Positions 28,818 to 39,381 of a stretch of 64,000 nt of DNA are shown here, one piece after another (position 1 is the stretch's first letter; each line of letters opens with the position of its first letter). A program made the translations under genes and the position numbers. Source of the DNA: Cyclobacteriaceae bacterium. GTDB taxonomy: Bacteria; Bacteroidota; Bacteroidia; Cytophagales; Cyclobacteriaceae. Location of the stretch: positions 7,872 to 71,871 of the forward strand of contig JBKCVO010000066.1 in assembly GCA_046317775.1 (NCBI GenBank). The letters are read 5' to 3'. The notes beneath the pieces were generated by a model. That model was not told the origin of the DNA, did not search any database, and saw only the letters and a list, made by a program, of their open reading frames with translations.

Positions 28818-29604
28818 CTTTTTTAACGGCTCGTTTAACAGGTGCTGCTTTCTTAGGTTTTGGTTCTTCTTCCATAGAGCCTAAGTCTACATCTGCCAAA
28901 ATACGGCCTGAGTGCTCGTCAATAACAATTTTCTTCTTCTCTCTGATCTCAGCAATTTTTTGTGGAGGGATGATGATGTTACAACCTTCTGCTGCACCGC
29001 GTACAACGCGAACCACAGCCAACCCATTGCTCAAGCTCCTACGCAGGCGATCGTAATGCTTCAACATCTTATCATCAATTTTCTTCACTGCCTTTTCGCG
29101 CTCGCTCATCAGGCGTTTTTCTTCTTCCTGGCTTTCAGCCAAAATATCCTGCAATTCGCCTTTCTTATTGTCTAAATCCTGATTGCGGTCTTTGATAATC
29201 GCCTCGATGGAATTGATTTCAGCTTTCTTCGCTTCAATCTTCTCTTTGGCTTCTTTGATTTTCTTCTCGCAAATCTGAACTTCCAACTCTTGCAGTTCTA
29301 CTTCTTTGGTGATGGCGTCAAATTCGCGGTTGTTCTTTACGTTTTTTTGTTGCTCGTTGTATTTTTTGATCAGCTTTTCAGCCTCTTTAATACCTTCTTT
29401 ATTCTTCTTAATGTTCTCCTCCAACTCCTTCATTTCACCCTCAAAGCGTCCTAAACGGGTTTTGTAGCCTTCCATTTCATCTTCCAAATCCTGAACCTCA
29501 TCAGGAAGGTCGCCTCTCAATTTTTTAAGTTCGTCTAGTTTTGAATCGATGGACTGAAGTTTTACAAGCGCTTCAAGTTTCTGTGTAACTGTCTGATTTT
29601 CCAT
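28810..29604 (-). CDS. C4-type zinc-ribbon coiled-coil protein (degenerate Cys set)
   Basis: LVKLQSIDSKLDEL..LPDEV, long coiled coil, AAEGC..IPPQ..DEHSGRIL. Confidence 0.85.
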   Translation of the reverse strand: MENQTVTQKLEALVKLQSIDSKLDELKKLRGDLPDEVQDLEDEMEGYKTRLGRFEGEMKELEENIKKNKEGIKEAEKLIKKYNEQQKNVKNNREFDAITKEVELQELEVQICEKKIKEAKEKIEAKKAEINSIEAIIKDRNQDLDNKKGELQDILAESQEEEKRLMSEREKAVKKIDDKMLKHYDRLRRSLSNGLAVVRVVRGAAEGCNIIIPPQKIAEIREKKKIVIDEHSGRILADVDLGSMEEEPKPKKAAPVKRAVKKVA

Positions 29605-29607
29605 TAC

Positions 29608-30711
29608 TTATAAATAGCTTATTGGATTTGTGTTAGTCGTTGAAAAAGTGGTTGCAAACGTAGTAAATTTTTCCCTTAAAACCTCCGAAAGCAGGTCTTT
29701 TGTGAATTGTTCGCTTTCAAAATGGCCAATGTCGGCAATCACGATTTTGCCCTCGGCATCAAAGAATTCGTGGTATTTGAAATCGGCAGAAACGTAGACA
29801 TCGGCTTGCGCAGCGATGGCTGTTGGCAACAAAAAACTTCCTGACCCTCCACATACTGCCACCCTTTGAATTTTTCTGCCAATCGGGGCGGTGTATCGGA
29901 TGGTGGAAATGTTCATGCGTACTTTCAAACCCTGTAAGAAGTCGATTAGTTCCACTGGCTCAGCCAGCATGCCCACCATGCCCGCACCTACTTCCTGATT
30001 TTCGTTTTCGAGACGGTGGAGGTAGTAGGCCGCTTCTTCATAGGGATGTGCAGTTTGCAAGGCACTCACGATTTTGCTTTTCAGGTGCTCCTGAAAGATC
30101 ACTTCGATGCGAGCTTCTCTCACCGTTTCTTTTTTGCCTTGTGTGCCAATGGTTGGGTTAGCATTCGCACTTGGCTGAAAGGTTCCTTCGCCCAATACTT
30201 CGAAACTGCAATTCTTGTATTCACCAATTTGCCCGGCTCCGCTTTGATGCAACGCACTCAACACCTGATCTTTGGCTTCCGGTGGAACAAAAGTAGTCAG
30301 CTTCATTAAGGTATTGGCTTTGGGTTGCAAAATGCGGCATTGGGTAAGCCCGATCTTTTCTGCAATTCGCTTGTTCACCCCCGCCATCACATTATCTAAA
30401 TTGGTATGAATGGCATAAATCGCAATATCATTTTTAATGGCTTTGATGATAGTCCGCTCGATGTAGTTTTGACCGGTAAGCTTCTTTAGTCCTTTGAAGA
30501 TAATCGGATGATGGGCTACGATCAGATTGCAGTTTTTTGCAATGGCTTCGTCTACTACTGCTTCGGTACAATCGAGGCTCACCAAAGTGCCTTTCACTAC
30601 CGCATTGGGTTCGCCCGTGAGCAGGCCGCTGTTATCATAACTTTCCTGATAGGCCCTCGGGGCAATGGATTCTAAAAAGTTGGCTACTTCTTTTATCGTG
30701 GTCGTTGCCAT
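29608..30711 (-). CDS. Nif3-like dinuclear metal centre protein
   Basis: ESYDNSGL, AHHPIIF, HTNLD, HPYEE, GHFESEQF. Confidence 0.92.
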   Translation of the reverse strand: MATTTIKEVANFLESIAPRAYQESYDNSGLLTGEPNAVVKGTLVSLDCTEAVVDEAIAKNCNLIVAHHPIIFKGLKKLTGQNYIERTIIKAIKNDIAIYAIHTNLDNVMAGVNKRIAEKIGLTQCRILQPKANTLMKLTTFVPPEAKDQVLSALHQSGAGQIGEYKNCSFEVLGEGTFQPSANANPTIGTQGKKETVREARIEVIFQEHLKSKIVSALQTAHPYEEAAYYLHRLENENQEVGAGMVGMLAEPVELIDFLQGLKVRMNISTIRYTAPIGRKIQRVAVCGGSGSFLLPTAIAAQADVYVSADFKYHEFFDAEGKIVIADIGHFESEQFTKDLLSEVLREKFTTFATTFSTTNTNPISYL

Positions 30712-30739
30712 TGTTTGCTTATTTTTGAATTTTAACCAT

Positions 30740-30804
30740 TGACGAATCCTGATTGTACCGTCAGGATTGCCAAGGTTAAACCTGTCAATCCGAAGGATTC
30801 GTCA
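30740..30804. repeat. Nested inverted repeat in a divergent intergenic region
   Basis: tgacgaatcct...aggattcgtca enclosing aatcctga-ttgtaccg-tcaggatt. Confidence 0.7.
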
Positions 30805-30874
30805 GTCATTTGATCAACTTGTTTCTTAATTCGTAATTTGGGTTTAAAATTAGCGAAAGAATGCGGCACTGCTT

Positions 30875-31927
30875 ATGTCTCTTTTAAAAGTATTACTCTG
30901 GCCATTGGCAGGACTTTATAATCTGGCAACCCGTGTGCGCAACTATTTGTACGACATTGGGCACAAACCTTCCTTTTCATTTGAGAGTGTCATCATCAGC
31001 GTGGGCAATCTCAATGTGGGTGGTTCGGGTAAAACCCCGATGATCGAATACTTGGTGCGATTGTTGAAAGACCGCTATTCAGTGGCTATCCTTAGCCGCG
31101 GCTACGGACGAAAGACGAAAGGCTTTCGTCTGGCAACGGAGGTAGATGATGCAACCACCTTGGGCGATGAGCCTTACCAATATTACCGAAAGTTTGGTAG
31201 CGAGGTGATGGTGGCGGTGGGCGAGGAGCGGGCATTGGCAATTCCTACGTTGCTCAACGAACCAAAGGAGCCACAGGTTATCTTATTAGACGATGCCTTT
31301 CAACATCGCTCGGTGGTTCCGCAGTTTTCCATTTTATTGACGGATGCCAGCAAGCCATTTTATTCCGATCATGTATTGCCGATGGGTCGCTTGCGCGAGA
31401 GCAGAATGGGTGCGAAGCGAGCCGATGCCATTATTATTACCAAGTGTTCGCCACAGCAGCAGTTGAACGAAGAAGAAGTTAAGAAATATGCGGGTGATAA
31501 ACCGGTATTTTTCAGTGGTCTTACCTATATGGAGCCACAACCTTTTCAGGAAGGGAATAAGCTGACTAAGCGCATTGTTTTAGTAACGGGTATTGCAACA
31601 AGTTCCTATTTGCAAGAGCACGTTTCTAGCTATTATCAGTTGGTGAAACATTTTCAATATGGCGATCATCACGCCTACACATTGGCGGACATAGAAGCCA
31701 TTCAAACCTATGCCAGCGCGAATGGTGAAGTTTCTATCTTAACAACAGAAAAAGACATGGTGAAACTGATTGCCCCTCAGTTTCAATCCCAGTTGAAGCC
31801 TTCTCTTTGGTTTTATCTGCCGATTCAGACAGCTTTTTTGAAAAGTGGTTCGGAATTTGATGATATGATTGGCCGGTTGGTGGAAACCCGATTGGCCGAA
31901 TTGAAACAAAATCCTATAGAAGAATAA
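30875..31927 (+). CDS. lpxK: Tetraacyldisaccharide 4'-kinase
   Basis: VGNLNVGGSGKTP, LSRGYGR, GDEP, LDDAFQH, PMGRLRE, TTEKD. Confidence 0.95.
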   Translation: MSLLKVLLWPLAGLYNLATRVRNYLYDIGHKPSFSFESVIISVGNLNVGGSGKTPMIEYLVRLLKDRYSVAILSRGYGRKTKGFRLATEVDDATTLGDEPYQYYRKFGSEVMVAVGEERALAIPTLLNEPKEPQVILLDDAFQHRSVVPQFSILLTDASKPFYSDHVLPMGRLRESRMGAKRADAIIITKCSPQQQLNEEEVKKYAGDKPVFFSGLTYMEPQPFQEGNKLTKRIVLVTGIATSSYLQEHVSSYYQLVKHFQYGDHHAYTLADIEAIQTYASANGEVSILTTEKDMVKLIAPQFQSQLKPSLWFYLPIQTAFLKSGSEFDDMIGRLVETRLAELKQNPIEE

Positions 31928-31930
31928 CAA

Positions 31931-33889
31931 TTGCTACTTTTGCGCGTGATTTTCAAGAAGCCCTTTCTTTTCCTTTGCCTCATGCTGTTGCTGACGGCTC
32001 CTGCGCTAGCGCAAGTGAAGAAAGATTCGGTTCAACAAAAACGAAAAGTGCTGAAAGCAGCCCCCAAGGCTTCCTCCGATCAACCCAAAAAAAGGTTGTA
32101 TTCCAAAATCATCAACGACTCTACCAAAAACGTTTACGGCCCCAAAACTTCGCTGTGGTCCACGGAAGGTGAATTGTTTTTTAACAAGAAAAATTTTCAA
32201 CCACTCGATACCAGTATACATAACTTCCATCATTGGACACCCATTCAGCGGTTGGATAACAAATACCAGGATTTAGGGAATGTGGGCACGGCCATGAATC
32301 CGATTTATCCGATTGTATCTACTCAGATTGGCGCAAGTCCCGGCTTCACATCGTATGATCCTTATTTCGATACGAAAGAACCGCGCTATTATGACACGAA
32401 GTCGCCATTCACCCGCATGTATGTGGTGTGGGCAGGTAACGGACGAGCTACCACGCACATTGAATTTACCCGAAACATCAATCCACGTTGGAACTTTGGT
32501 TTTAACTACCGCCCGATTCTGGCCGATAAACAGATTCAGCGAAAATTTGCCGATCGCCAAACCATTAGCCATTACTATGATTTTTTTACCACCTATCGAT
32601 CCAAAAAAGAAAGATATTTCCTCGCATTTAACTATCGAAGAATTCGCCACCGCATCAAAGAGAATGGTGGTGTAGCATTACCCACCAATAACACCTTTGC
32701 ATCGTTCTTCGATGCCAATGCATTACCTAATTTAACGACAGCCGAGTCCGAAGACTTGCGGCACAATCTGCATTTTCACCATCGCTTTCAATTGGCGAAG
32801 CCTTTCCAGATCTACCAAACGCTGGATTATCTCACACGCTCTAATATGTTTAGGATGGAAACATCCGACCTAGCGTCTGATTATTTTAAACAGATTATCA
32901 TTGCGGGTGCGGCAGCCGATGAATCTACCTTTCAAACCTTTCAAAATGAAATGGGCGTGAAAGGTAATGCTGCCTTTTTGTTTTATAATTTTTATTACAA
33001 GCTGCGCACCGTCAACAATACTATTCCGAAGCTGCAGGGTTTTGACCCACGGGCAAATGCGAGCTTGACCGAACATTATGTGGGTGGACGAATGGCCTTG
33101 CGATTTGATTCGCTTACTGAATTGCGAGGCGCAGCCGAATTGTTATTCGATGGTAACTATAAGATCGAAGGAACGCTCTCCACGCCATGGCTGGATGCCG
33201 GCATTGTTAGTTCGTTGGCAAAGCCGGGCTATTTGCAACGCGCGTATCGAGGAAGCTTTAACTATTGGCGGAATAATTTCGAAAACACCTTTTCAAATCA
33301 ACTGAATGGTTTTGTGAAAGTGAATTGGAGAGGACTCAGTTTTAGCCCAGGTGTTACGTACACCATTTTAAGCAACTCCATTTATTTTACGGAATTTAAA
33401 GACGGAATCATTTCGAAACAATCTTCAGGCAATCAGCAAATTTTTTCACCGGAGGTGCGACTGTCCATTCGATTCCTCCGAAACTTTAGATTGTCAACTC
33501 AGACCATCTACACCCAGTTGTGGAAAAACGATGATGAGATCATTCGCATTCCTGAACTATTTGTGAATGGACAATTAGCCTATCAGGGATTTTTCTTTAA
33601 GAAAGCATTGCAATTGGAATTGGGTGTGGATGTACACTATAAATCCGATTACAAAGCGTATGGTTATGCACCGGACATTCAATCGTATTATGTGCAAGAC
33701 ACCCAAACTATCAAGGGTTTTCCGATAGCCGATGTATTTTTAAATGCGCGCATCAAGCAAGGCAGATTGTTTTTAAAATATCATAATGCAGCGCAGGCGT
33801 TTACGGGCACCGGATATTTACTGACCTATGGCTATCCGGGGGTTGGCAACGTGATTGATTTTGGTTTCGAGATTCCGTTATTTGACTGA
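31931..33889 (+). CDS. Putative porin (Bacteroidota outer-membrane beta-barrel)
   Basis: QDLGNVGTA, YDTKSPFT, alternating beta-strand pattern, C-terminal FEIPLFD. Confidence 0.8.
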   Translation: MLLLRVIFKKPFLFLCLMLLLTAPALAQVKKDSVQQKRKVLKAAPKASSDQPKKRLYSKIINDSTKNVYGPKTSLWSTEGELFFNKKNFQPLDTSIHNFHHWTPIQRLDNKYQDLGNVGTAMNPIYPIVSTQIGASPGFTSYDPYFDTKEPRYYDTKSPFTRMYVVWAGNGRATTHIEFTRNINPRWNFGFNYRPILADKQIQRKFADRQTISHYYDFFTTYRSKKERYFLAFNYRRIRHRIKENGGVALPTNNTFASFFDANALPNLTTAESEDLRHNLHFHHRFQLAKPFQIYQTLDYLTRSNMFRMETSDLASDYFKQIIIAGAAADESTFQTFQNEMGVKGNAAFLFYNFYYKLRTVNNTIPKLQGFDPRANASLTEHYVGGRMALRFDSLTELRGAAELLFDGNYKIEGTLSTPWLDAGIVSSLAKPGYLQRAYRGSFNYWRNNFENTFSNQLNGFVKVNWRGLSFSPGVTYTILSNSIYFTEFKDGIISKQSSGNQQIFSPEVRLSIRFLRNFRLSTQTIYTQLWKNDDEIIRIPELFVNGQLAYQGFFFKKALQLELGVDVHYKSDYKAYGYAPDIQSYYVQDTQTIKGFPIADVFLNARIKQGRLFLKYHNAAQAFTGTGYLLTYGYPGVGNVIDFGFEIPLFD

Positions 33890-33892
33890 CTT

Positions 33893-34486
33893 ATGGAAAA
33901 GCACGTGTTGGGCCTGACACTGCCCACAGACCCACGGTGGGTGAATATTGCTGAACTACACATTGAAGATATTTTAGTTGATCACGCCTACTGCGAACAG
34001 AAGGCGGCCTCGGCTTGTATATCTCTAATTCTTCAATTTCCGGATAAAGAGAAATTGGTGGAAGTACTTACGCCAGTAGTGGCGGAGGAATGGGCGCACT
34101 TTGAGCGTGTGCTGGAAGAATTAAAAAAGCGGGGCTACCGATTGGGCTTTCAACGTAAAGATGAATATGTAGAGCAATTGAATAAGGCGATACGAAAAGG
34201 TGGCAATCGGGAGCAGCAGTTGCTAGAAAAGTTGCTGATCTGTGCGTTGATTGAAGCGCGCAGTTGTGAACGATTCCGATTGTTGTGGAAAGAAATTGGC
34301 GATGAAGAACTCAGTAAATTTTATTATGAGCTAATGGTCTCCGAAGCAGGTCATTATAAAAACTTTCTGGCGCTAGCGAAAGAGTATTGCGATCCGGAGA
34401 AGGTAGAGGCTCGCTGGCGAGAACTGCTTCGCCAAGAAGGAGAGATCATGGCGAGCCTTGCTCCACGAGCAGATCGTATTCATTAA
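33893..34486 (+). CDS. miaE: tRNA-(ms2io6A) hydroxylase
   Basis: DHAYCEQKAA, EEWAHF, IEARSCERF, SEAGHY di-iron motifs. Confidence 0.92.
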   Translation: MEKHVLGLTLPTDPRWVNIAELHIEDILVDHAYCEQKAASACISLILQFPDKEKLVEVLTPVVAEEWAHFERVLEELKKRGYRLGFQRKDEYVEQLNKAIRKGGNREQQLLEKLLICALIEARSCERFRLLWKEIGDEELSKFYYELMVSEAGHYKNFLALAKEYCDPEKVEARWRELLRQEGEIMASLAPRADRIH

Positions 34487-34497
34487 CTACTCTTCAA

Positions 34498-35829
34498 TTA
34501 CTTCAATAATTCCGCAATCGCATTTTCTACTTGTTGAAAATTGAACTTCACATAAACCGTCTTGAAGCTTTGTTCTATTTCTGCGTGGCACAAGTTTCCA
34601 ATGCTTCCTTCATGTGTATGATGGATGGCAGTAGAATAGGTGAAGCTGCCGTTTTCAATATCACTACCAATTTTTTTGTACGCATCGCGGAAAGGGACAC
34701 CGCTTAACACCAACTTGTTCACTTCTTCTACGCTGAAGAGGTAGCGGTACTTCTCATCGTTGAGAATATTTTCTTCCACTTCCAAGTGGGAGATCATCAG
34801 ATGCGTCATTTCCAGACAATCGCGGAGGGTTTGCAAAGCCGGAAAGAGTTTTTCTTTGAGCAGCTGCAAATCACGGTGATAGCCGGAAGGTAGATTAGTG
34901 GTGAGCATAGCAATTTCATTCGGCAAACTCATGAGTCCGTTGCACTTGGCGCGGATCAACTCAAACACATCCGGATTTTTTTTGTGCGGCATGATACTAG
35001 ATCCGGTAGTCAGATTTTCCGGAAAGCGAATGAACCCAAAATTCTGATTGAGGTACAAACACGCATCCATCGCCAGTTTACCCAATGTAGCGGCTACGTT
35101 GCTGATCGCCTGCGCTACAATGCGTTCGGCTTTTCCGCGGCCCATTTGTGCATAGACCACATTGTAGTTCAGATCATCAAAGCCAAGCAACTTTGTGGTG
35201 AGTGTGCGATTGAGTGGAAACGATGAACCATAACCGGCAGCAGAACCCAGCGGATTTTTATTGACCACACGATATGCAGCTTCCAACGTGATCAGGTCAT
35301 CGGATAAGCTTTCCGCGTAAGCTCCCAACCACAATCCAAATGAGGAAGGCATTGCCAACTGCAAATGAGTATAGCCCGGCAACAAATGATCTTTGAATTG
35401 ATCACTCTGGCTGAGCAGCAATTGAAAGACTCGCTCAATTTGAGGTGCTAACTCTAAAATTTCACTTCGCAAAAATAACTTTACATCCACCAGCACCTGG
35501 TCGTTGCGTGAGCGTCCGCTGTGAATTTTCTTACCAACATCGCCTAGCTTCTTGGTCAACATCCATTCCACTTGCGAGTGAATGTCTTCCACTTCTTCCT
35601 CCATCTTAAAATTACCCTGCCCGATTTGGACGTAGATATTTTTAAGCTCTGATGAAAGTAACGTTAGTTCTTCATTGGTCAAAAGATGAATGGACTCTAG
35701 CATGCGAATGTGTGCGAGTGAACCCAGCACATCAAACGATGCTAGATAAAGATCCATTTCGCGGTCTTTGCCCACCGTAAAGCGGGTCACTTCCTTGCTA
35801 GAGTCGGTATTTTTTTGCCAAAGCTTCAT
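34498..35829 (-). CDS. argH: Argininosuccinate lyase
   Basis: HSGRSRNDQ, PGYTHLQ, GSSIMPHKKNPD. Confidence 0.95.
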   Translation of the reverse strand: MKLWQKNTDSSKEVTRFTVGKDREMDLYLASFDVLGSLAHIRMLESIHLLTNEELTLLSSELKNIYVQIGQGNFKMEEEVEDIHSQVEWMLTKKLGDVGKKIHSGRSRNDQVLVDVKLFLRSEILELAPQIERVFQLLLSQSDQFKDHLLPGYTHLQLAMPSSFGLWLGAYAESLSDDLITLEAAYRVVNKNPLGSAAGYGSSFPLNRTLTTKLLGFDDLNYNVVYAQMGRGKAERIVAQAISNVAATLGKLAMDACLYLNQNFGFIRFPENLTTGSSIMPHKKNPDVFELIRAKCNGLMSLPNEIAMLTTNLPSGYHRDLQLLKEKLFPALQTLRDCLEMTHLMISHLEVEENILNDEKYRYLFSVEEVNKLVLSGVPFRDAYKKIGSDIENGSFTYSTAIHHTHEGSIGNLCHAEIEQSFKTVYVKFNFQQVENAIAELLK

Positions 35830-35833
35830 TATA

Positions 35834-36418
35834 TTATTTTATGAGTAAAGGAAAATTGATTTGAAGATACTGAATCAGGAGGATGGTTTTACCATCGCGT
35901 ATTTCTCCCGAAGCTACCATGTCAACTGCTTTCGCGAAAGGTAACTCGATTACGGTAATATCTTCGTGAACATCTACACCACCACCCGATGATACTTTCA
36001 TCGAAGGTGAGTACTCTGCTACAAAGAAATGCAGAATTTCCGTCACCGATCCGGGCGACATGTACGCTTCAAATATCTTCTTGACTTCTTTGATCTGATA
36101 ACCGGTTTCTTCTTCGGTTTCTCTGCGAATGCAATCTTCCGGATTATCTAAATCCAATAACCCAGCACATGCTTCCAGCAACATGCCGGTGGCATTGCCA
36201 TTGATATAAGTGGGAAGCCTGAACTGCTCGGTGAGGAGAATAGTCTTCTGATTGAGATTGTAGAGTAATATTGTAGCTCCGTTACCTCGGTCATACGCCT
36301 CTCTGCTTTGCTGAATCCAAGTACCGTTTTGGTGTTGATAGTCGAAAGTTACTTTCTTCAGCGTATACCAGTTATTTGAAAGAATTTCAGTATTGGTGAT
36401 CTTTACGCGTTGGTTCAT
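35834..36418 (-). CDS. nudK: NUDIX hydrolase, GDP-mannose pyrophosphatase-like
   Basis: [39 protein letters not shown]. Confidence 0.8.
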   Translation of the reverse strand: MNQRVKITNTEILSNNWYTLKKVTFDYQHQNGTWIQQSREAYDRGNGATILLYNLNQKTILLTEQFRLPTYINGNATGMLLEACAGLLDLDNPEDCIRRETEEETGYQIKEVKKIFEAYMSPGSVTEILHFFVAEYSPSMKVSSGGGVDVHEDITVIELPFAKAVDMVASGEIRDGKTILLIQYLQINFPLLIK

Positions 36419-36498
36419 GGGTGTTTCAGGTTACTGGTTTCTAGTTTTTGAGTTCCAGATATCTTCAATCGTTAACTTCTTTATTTTCCCATTAGCAT

Positions 36499-36562
36499 CT
36501 TTGTGATTTCGTGTCCTCGTGGCGCAAATACTTTTTAGCCACAAAGGCTCAAAGGCACAAAG
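36499..36562. repeat. Imperfect inverted repeat with 8-nt periodicity (REP-like)
   Basis: ctttgtgatttcgtgtcctcgtggc ... gccacaaaggctcaaaggcacaaag. Confidence 0.65.
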
Positions 36563-36565
36563 AAA

Positions 36566-37633
36566 TCAGATGGTTTTTATCAAACTCTCCAGCACTGCTA
36601 TATACGATTCTATACCCTGTTCAATTTCCTTTACAAAGATAAACTCATCCGCACTATGGGACCTAGCTGAATCACCGGGGCCCATTTTGATGGATGGAAC
36701 AGGAATCAACGCCTGATCGGAAGTAGTAGGGGAGCCGTAAGTATTGATTTTCAATTTCTCCGCCACTTTCATCAATGGATGATCATTGGCTATTCCGGAT
36801 GGGCGCAAACGCAACGAGCGTGGCGTTACCTGACAACGTACATTTTGTTGAACGGTCTCCAGAATTTCTTCCAGCGTGTAACAATCTGTTGCGCGAATGT
36901 CAACCGTAAACTTACATTCCGGTGGCACCTGATTATGTGCTTGTCCCGCATGAATCACCGTGACGCTCATTTTTACTTTGCCCAGTGTTTCTGAAATTTT
37001 CGGAAACTCATACGTGCGAAACCACTGGATGTCTTCGATTGCAGCATAAATTGCATTCACACCTTCTTCACGGGCAGCGTGTCCGGCTTTGCCTTCGCTC
37101 ACACAATCCAACACCAACAATCCTTTCTCAGCACGTGCGATTTGCGTAAGCGTTGGTTCGCCTACAATGGCAAAATCGATCGTTGGTAGATCGTTCCAGA
37201 TCATTTCAACACCACCTGTACCGGAGATTTCTTCTTCGGCTGTAGCAGCCATCACTAAGTTGTAAGGAAGATTAGGGCGATCATAGAAATAGAAAAAGGT
37301 AGCGATGAGTGATACAAGCGGGCCGCCAGCATCATTGCTTCCCAAGCCAAATAGCTTGCCATTCTCGATGACTCCGGCAAAAGGATCACGTGTGTAACCG
37401 GGATTGGGCTTCACAGTGTCGTGGTGCGAGTTGAGTAAAATCGTGGGCTTCGCTTTATCGAAGAAACGATTCACAGCCCAAACATTATTTCCTTTCCGCT
37501 CGGCCTTCATACCATGGTAATTGAGAAAGCCTATCAGTAAGCCAGCCGTTTTATCTTCTTCTTTGCTGAAGGAAGGAATACTGATCAACTGTTGTAACAA
37601 GTCGATCGCAATAGGGGCAAGGTGTTCTTTCAC
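36566..37633 (-). CDS. argE: M20 metallohydrolase (ArgE-like deacylase)
   Basis: NSHHDTV, GSNDAGG, AEEE, GEPT, HSADE; located inside the arg operon. Confidence 0.8.
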   Translation of the reverse strand: MKEHLAPIAIDLLQQLISIPSFSKEEDKTAGLLIGFLNYHGMKAERKGNNVWAVNRFFDKAKPTILLNSHHDTVKPNPGYTRDPFAGVIENGKLFGLGSNDAGGPLVSLIATFFYFYDRPNLPYNLVMAATAEEEISGTGGVEMIWNDLPTIDFAIVGEPTLTQIARAEKGLLVLDCVSEGKAGHAAREEGVNAIYAAIEDIQWFRTYEFPKISETLGKVKMSVTVIHAGQAHNQVPPECKFTVDIRATDCYTLEEILETVQQNVRCQVTPRSLRLRPSGIANDHPLMKVAEKLKINTYGSPTTSDQALIPVPSIKMGPGDSARSHSADEFIFVKEIEQGIESYIAVLESLIKTI

Positions 37634-38421
37634 TACAGTGTAATTAGTGTGCCTTTTGTTTCGTAGCCCGTGTTTGCAATCAAGTGTGTATGTTCACCAA
37701 TCAGCACTTCTTTCACACCCGATTGAATCGCTTGAAACGCATTTTCTAATTTAGGCAAAATGCCATCGTGAAAAGCCCCTTTCTTCAATAGCTCTTCATA
37801 GGATGTCTTATTCAACGAAGTAATGACCGAATCTTCTTTCGTTACATCGGCCAGCACGCCCGTTTTTTCAAAGCAGAAAATGAGGCGCGTGTCAAAGTGC
37901 TTACTCAAGGCAATGGCTAACACTGATGCAATGGTGTCGGCATTGGTATTGAGCATCGATCCATTCGCATGGGTGAGGGGTGCAAATACCGGAATGACAT
38001 TTTGCTTAAGTAAAAAATAAAGCAATATGGAGTTCACGCTATCCGGAGTAATGTCGCCCACAAAACCAAAATCCACTTCACCCACCGGGCGCTTGGTGGC
38101 TTTGATCAGGTTTCCATCGGCACCCGTTAAACCAATGGCATTGCAATGATGTGCCTGCAATTGTGCCACGATTTGTTTATTCACCAAACCGCCATACACC
38201 ATCGTCACCAAATCCAGTGTGGGTGCATCGGTTATGCGTCTGCCTTTAATGTAATTGCTTTTGATACCCAACTGCTCGCCTAATTTGGTGGCAATCTTTC
38301 CGCCTCCGTGAATCAGAATTTTAGGTGCCTGAATGGAAGCAAAGTCCTTCAGGAAATGTTGCAACGATTTTTCATCATCCAATACATTGCCCCCAATTTT
38401 GATAACGTACAATTTATTCAT
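37633..38421 (-). CDS. argB: Acetylglutamate kinase
   Basis: VIKIGG, HGGG, NTNADTIA, GILPKL. Confidence 0.92.
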   Translation of the reverse strand: MNKLYVIKIGGNVLDDEKSLQHFLKDFASIQAPKILIHGGGKIATKLGEQLGIKSNYIKGRRITDAPTLDLVTMVYGGLVNKQIVAQLQAHHCNAIGLTGADGNLIKATKRPVGEVDFGFVGDITPDSVNSILLYFLLKQNVIPVFAPLTHANGSMLNTNADTIASVLAIALSKHFDTRLIFCFEKTGVLADVTKEDSVITSLNKTSYEELLKKGAFHDGILPKLENAFQAIQSGVKEVLIGEHTHLIANTGYETKGTLITL

Positions 38422-38430
38422 ACTTAAGAA

Positions 38431-39381
38431 TTACTTTTTCAAAATTTCTGCCAGCACCGCTTGTGCAGCCCAAATCCGGTTCACCGCTTGCTGCGTTACA
38501 ATACTCGAGGTGCTGTCGAGGATTTCATCACTCAACTCCACATTTCTGCGCACGGGCAAACAGTGCATCACTTTAGCATTACGAGTGGTGGCAATTTTTT
38601 CGGTTGTCAACATCCACTCCGGATCGTTGCAATAAATTTTGCCGTAGTCTTGGTAGGTACTCCAATTTTTCACGTAAATGAAATCCGCATCGCGCAAAGC
38701 TTCATCCTGATCGTGCGTGATTGTGGCACCTTTGGTAAACTGCGGATCTAGTTCGTAGTCTTCGGGATGTGCGATCGTAAAATCGGCACCACCCCAGGCA
38801 TTAATCCATTGTGAGAAACTGTTGGCTACACATTGTGGCAAGGCTTTTACATGGGGAGCCCACGTCAAGACAATTTTCGGTTTGCGTTTCTCGGTAAAGT
38901 TTTCGTTGATGGTGATTAGATCGGCCAGACTTTGCAAGGGGTGGAGTGTCGCGCTTTCTAAACTTACTACGGGCACTCCGGCATACTTAATAAATTGATT
39001 GATGTACAATTCGCTGTAGTCGTCTTGCTTATTTTTCAGCGAAGGAAACGTGCGAATGCCAAGTACATCAAAATATTTTCCTAAGATAGGCGCTGCATCT
39101 TTCACGTGCTCTACGGTGGTGCCGCTCATGATCGCCTCGTCTTCAAATTCAAATGCCCATCCATCCTGGCCCACATTAAAGACGATCACATCCATGCCCA
39201 AGTTTTTCGCAGCGATTTCGGTGCTGAGTCGTGTGCGCATGCTGGGATTTAAAAACAATAAACCCATTCGTTTTCCCTGACCTAAATGAACAGACTTCAA
39301 TGGATTTTTTTTGAATTCCAATGCTTGGGCAATCAACGATTGAAAGTTGCCAGCATCGTGGCATGATAGAAATTTCTTCAT
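38431..39381 (-). CDS. N-acyl-ornithine carbamoyltransferase (ArgF' type)
   Basis: NPSMRT, HPLQ, LTWAPH, HCLPVRR, distinctive of the AOTCase/SOTCase group. Confidence 0.88.
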   Translation of the reverse strand: MKKFLSCHDAGNFQSLIAQALEFKKNPLKSVHLGQGKRMGLLFLNPSMRTRLSTEIAAKNLGMDVIVFNVGQDGWAFEFEDEAIMSGTTVEHVKDAAPILGKYFDVLGIRTFPSLKNKQDDYSELYINQFIKYAGVPVVSLESATLHPLQSLADLITINENFTEKRKPKIVLTWAPHVKALPQCVANSFSQWINAWGGADFTIAHPEDYELDPQFTKGATITHDQDEALRDADFIYVKNWSTYQDYGKIYCNDPEWMLTTEKIATTRNAKVMHCLPVRRNVELSDEILDSTSSIVTQQAVNRIWAAQAVLAEILKK

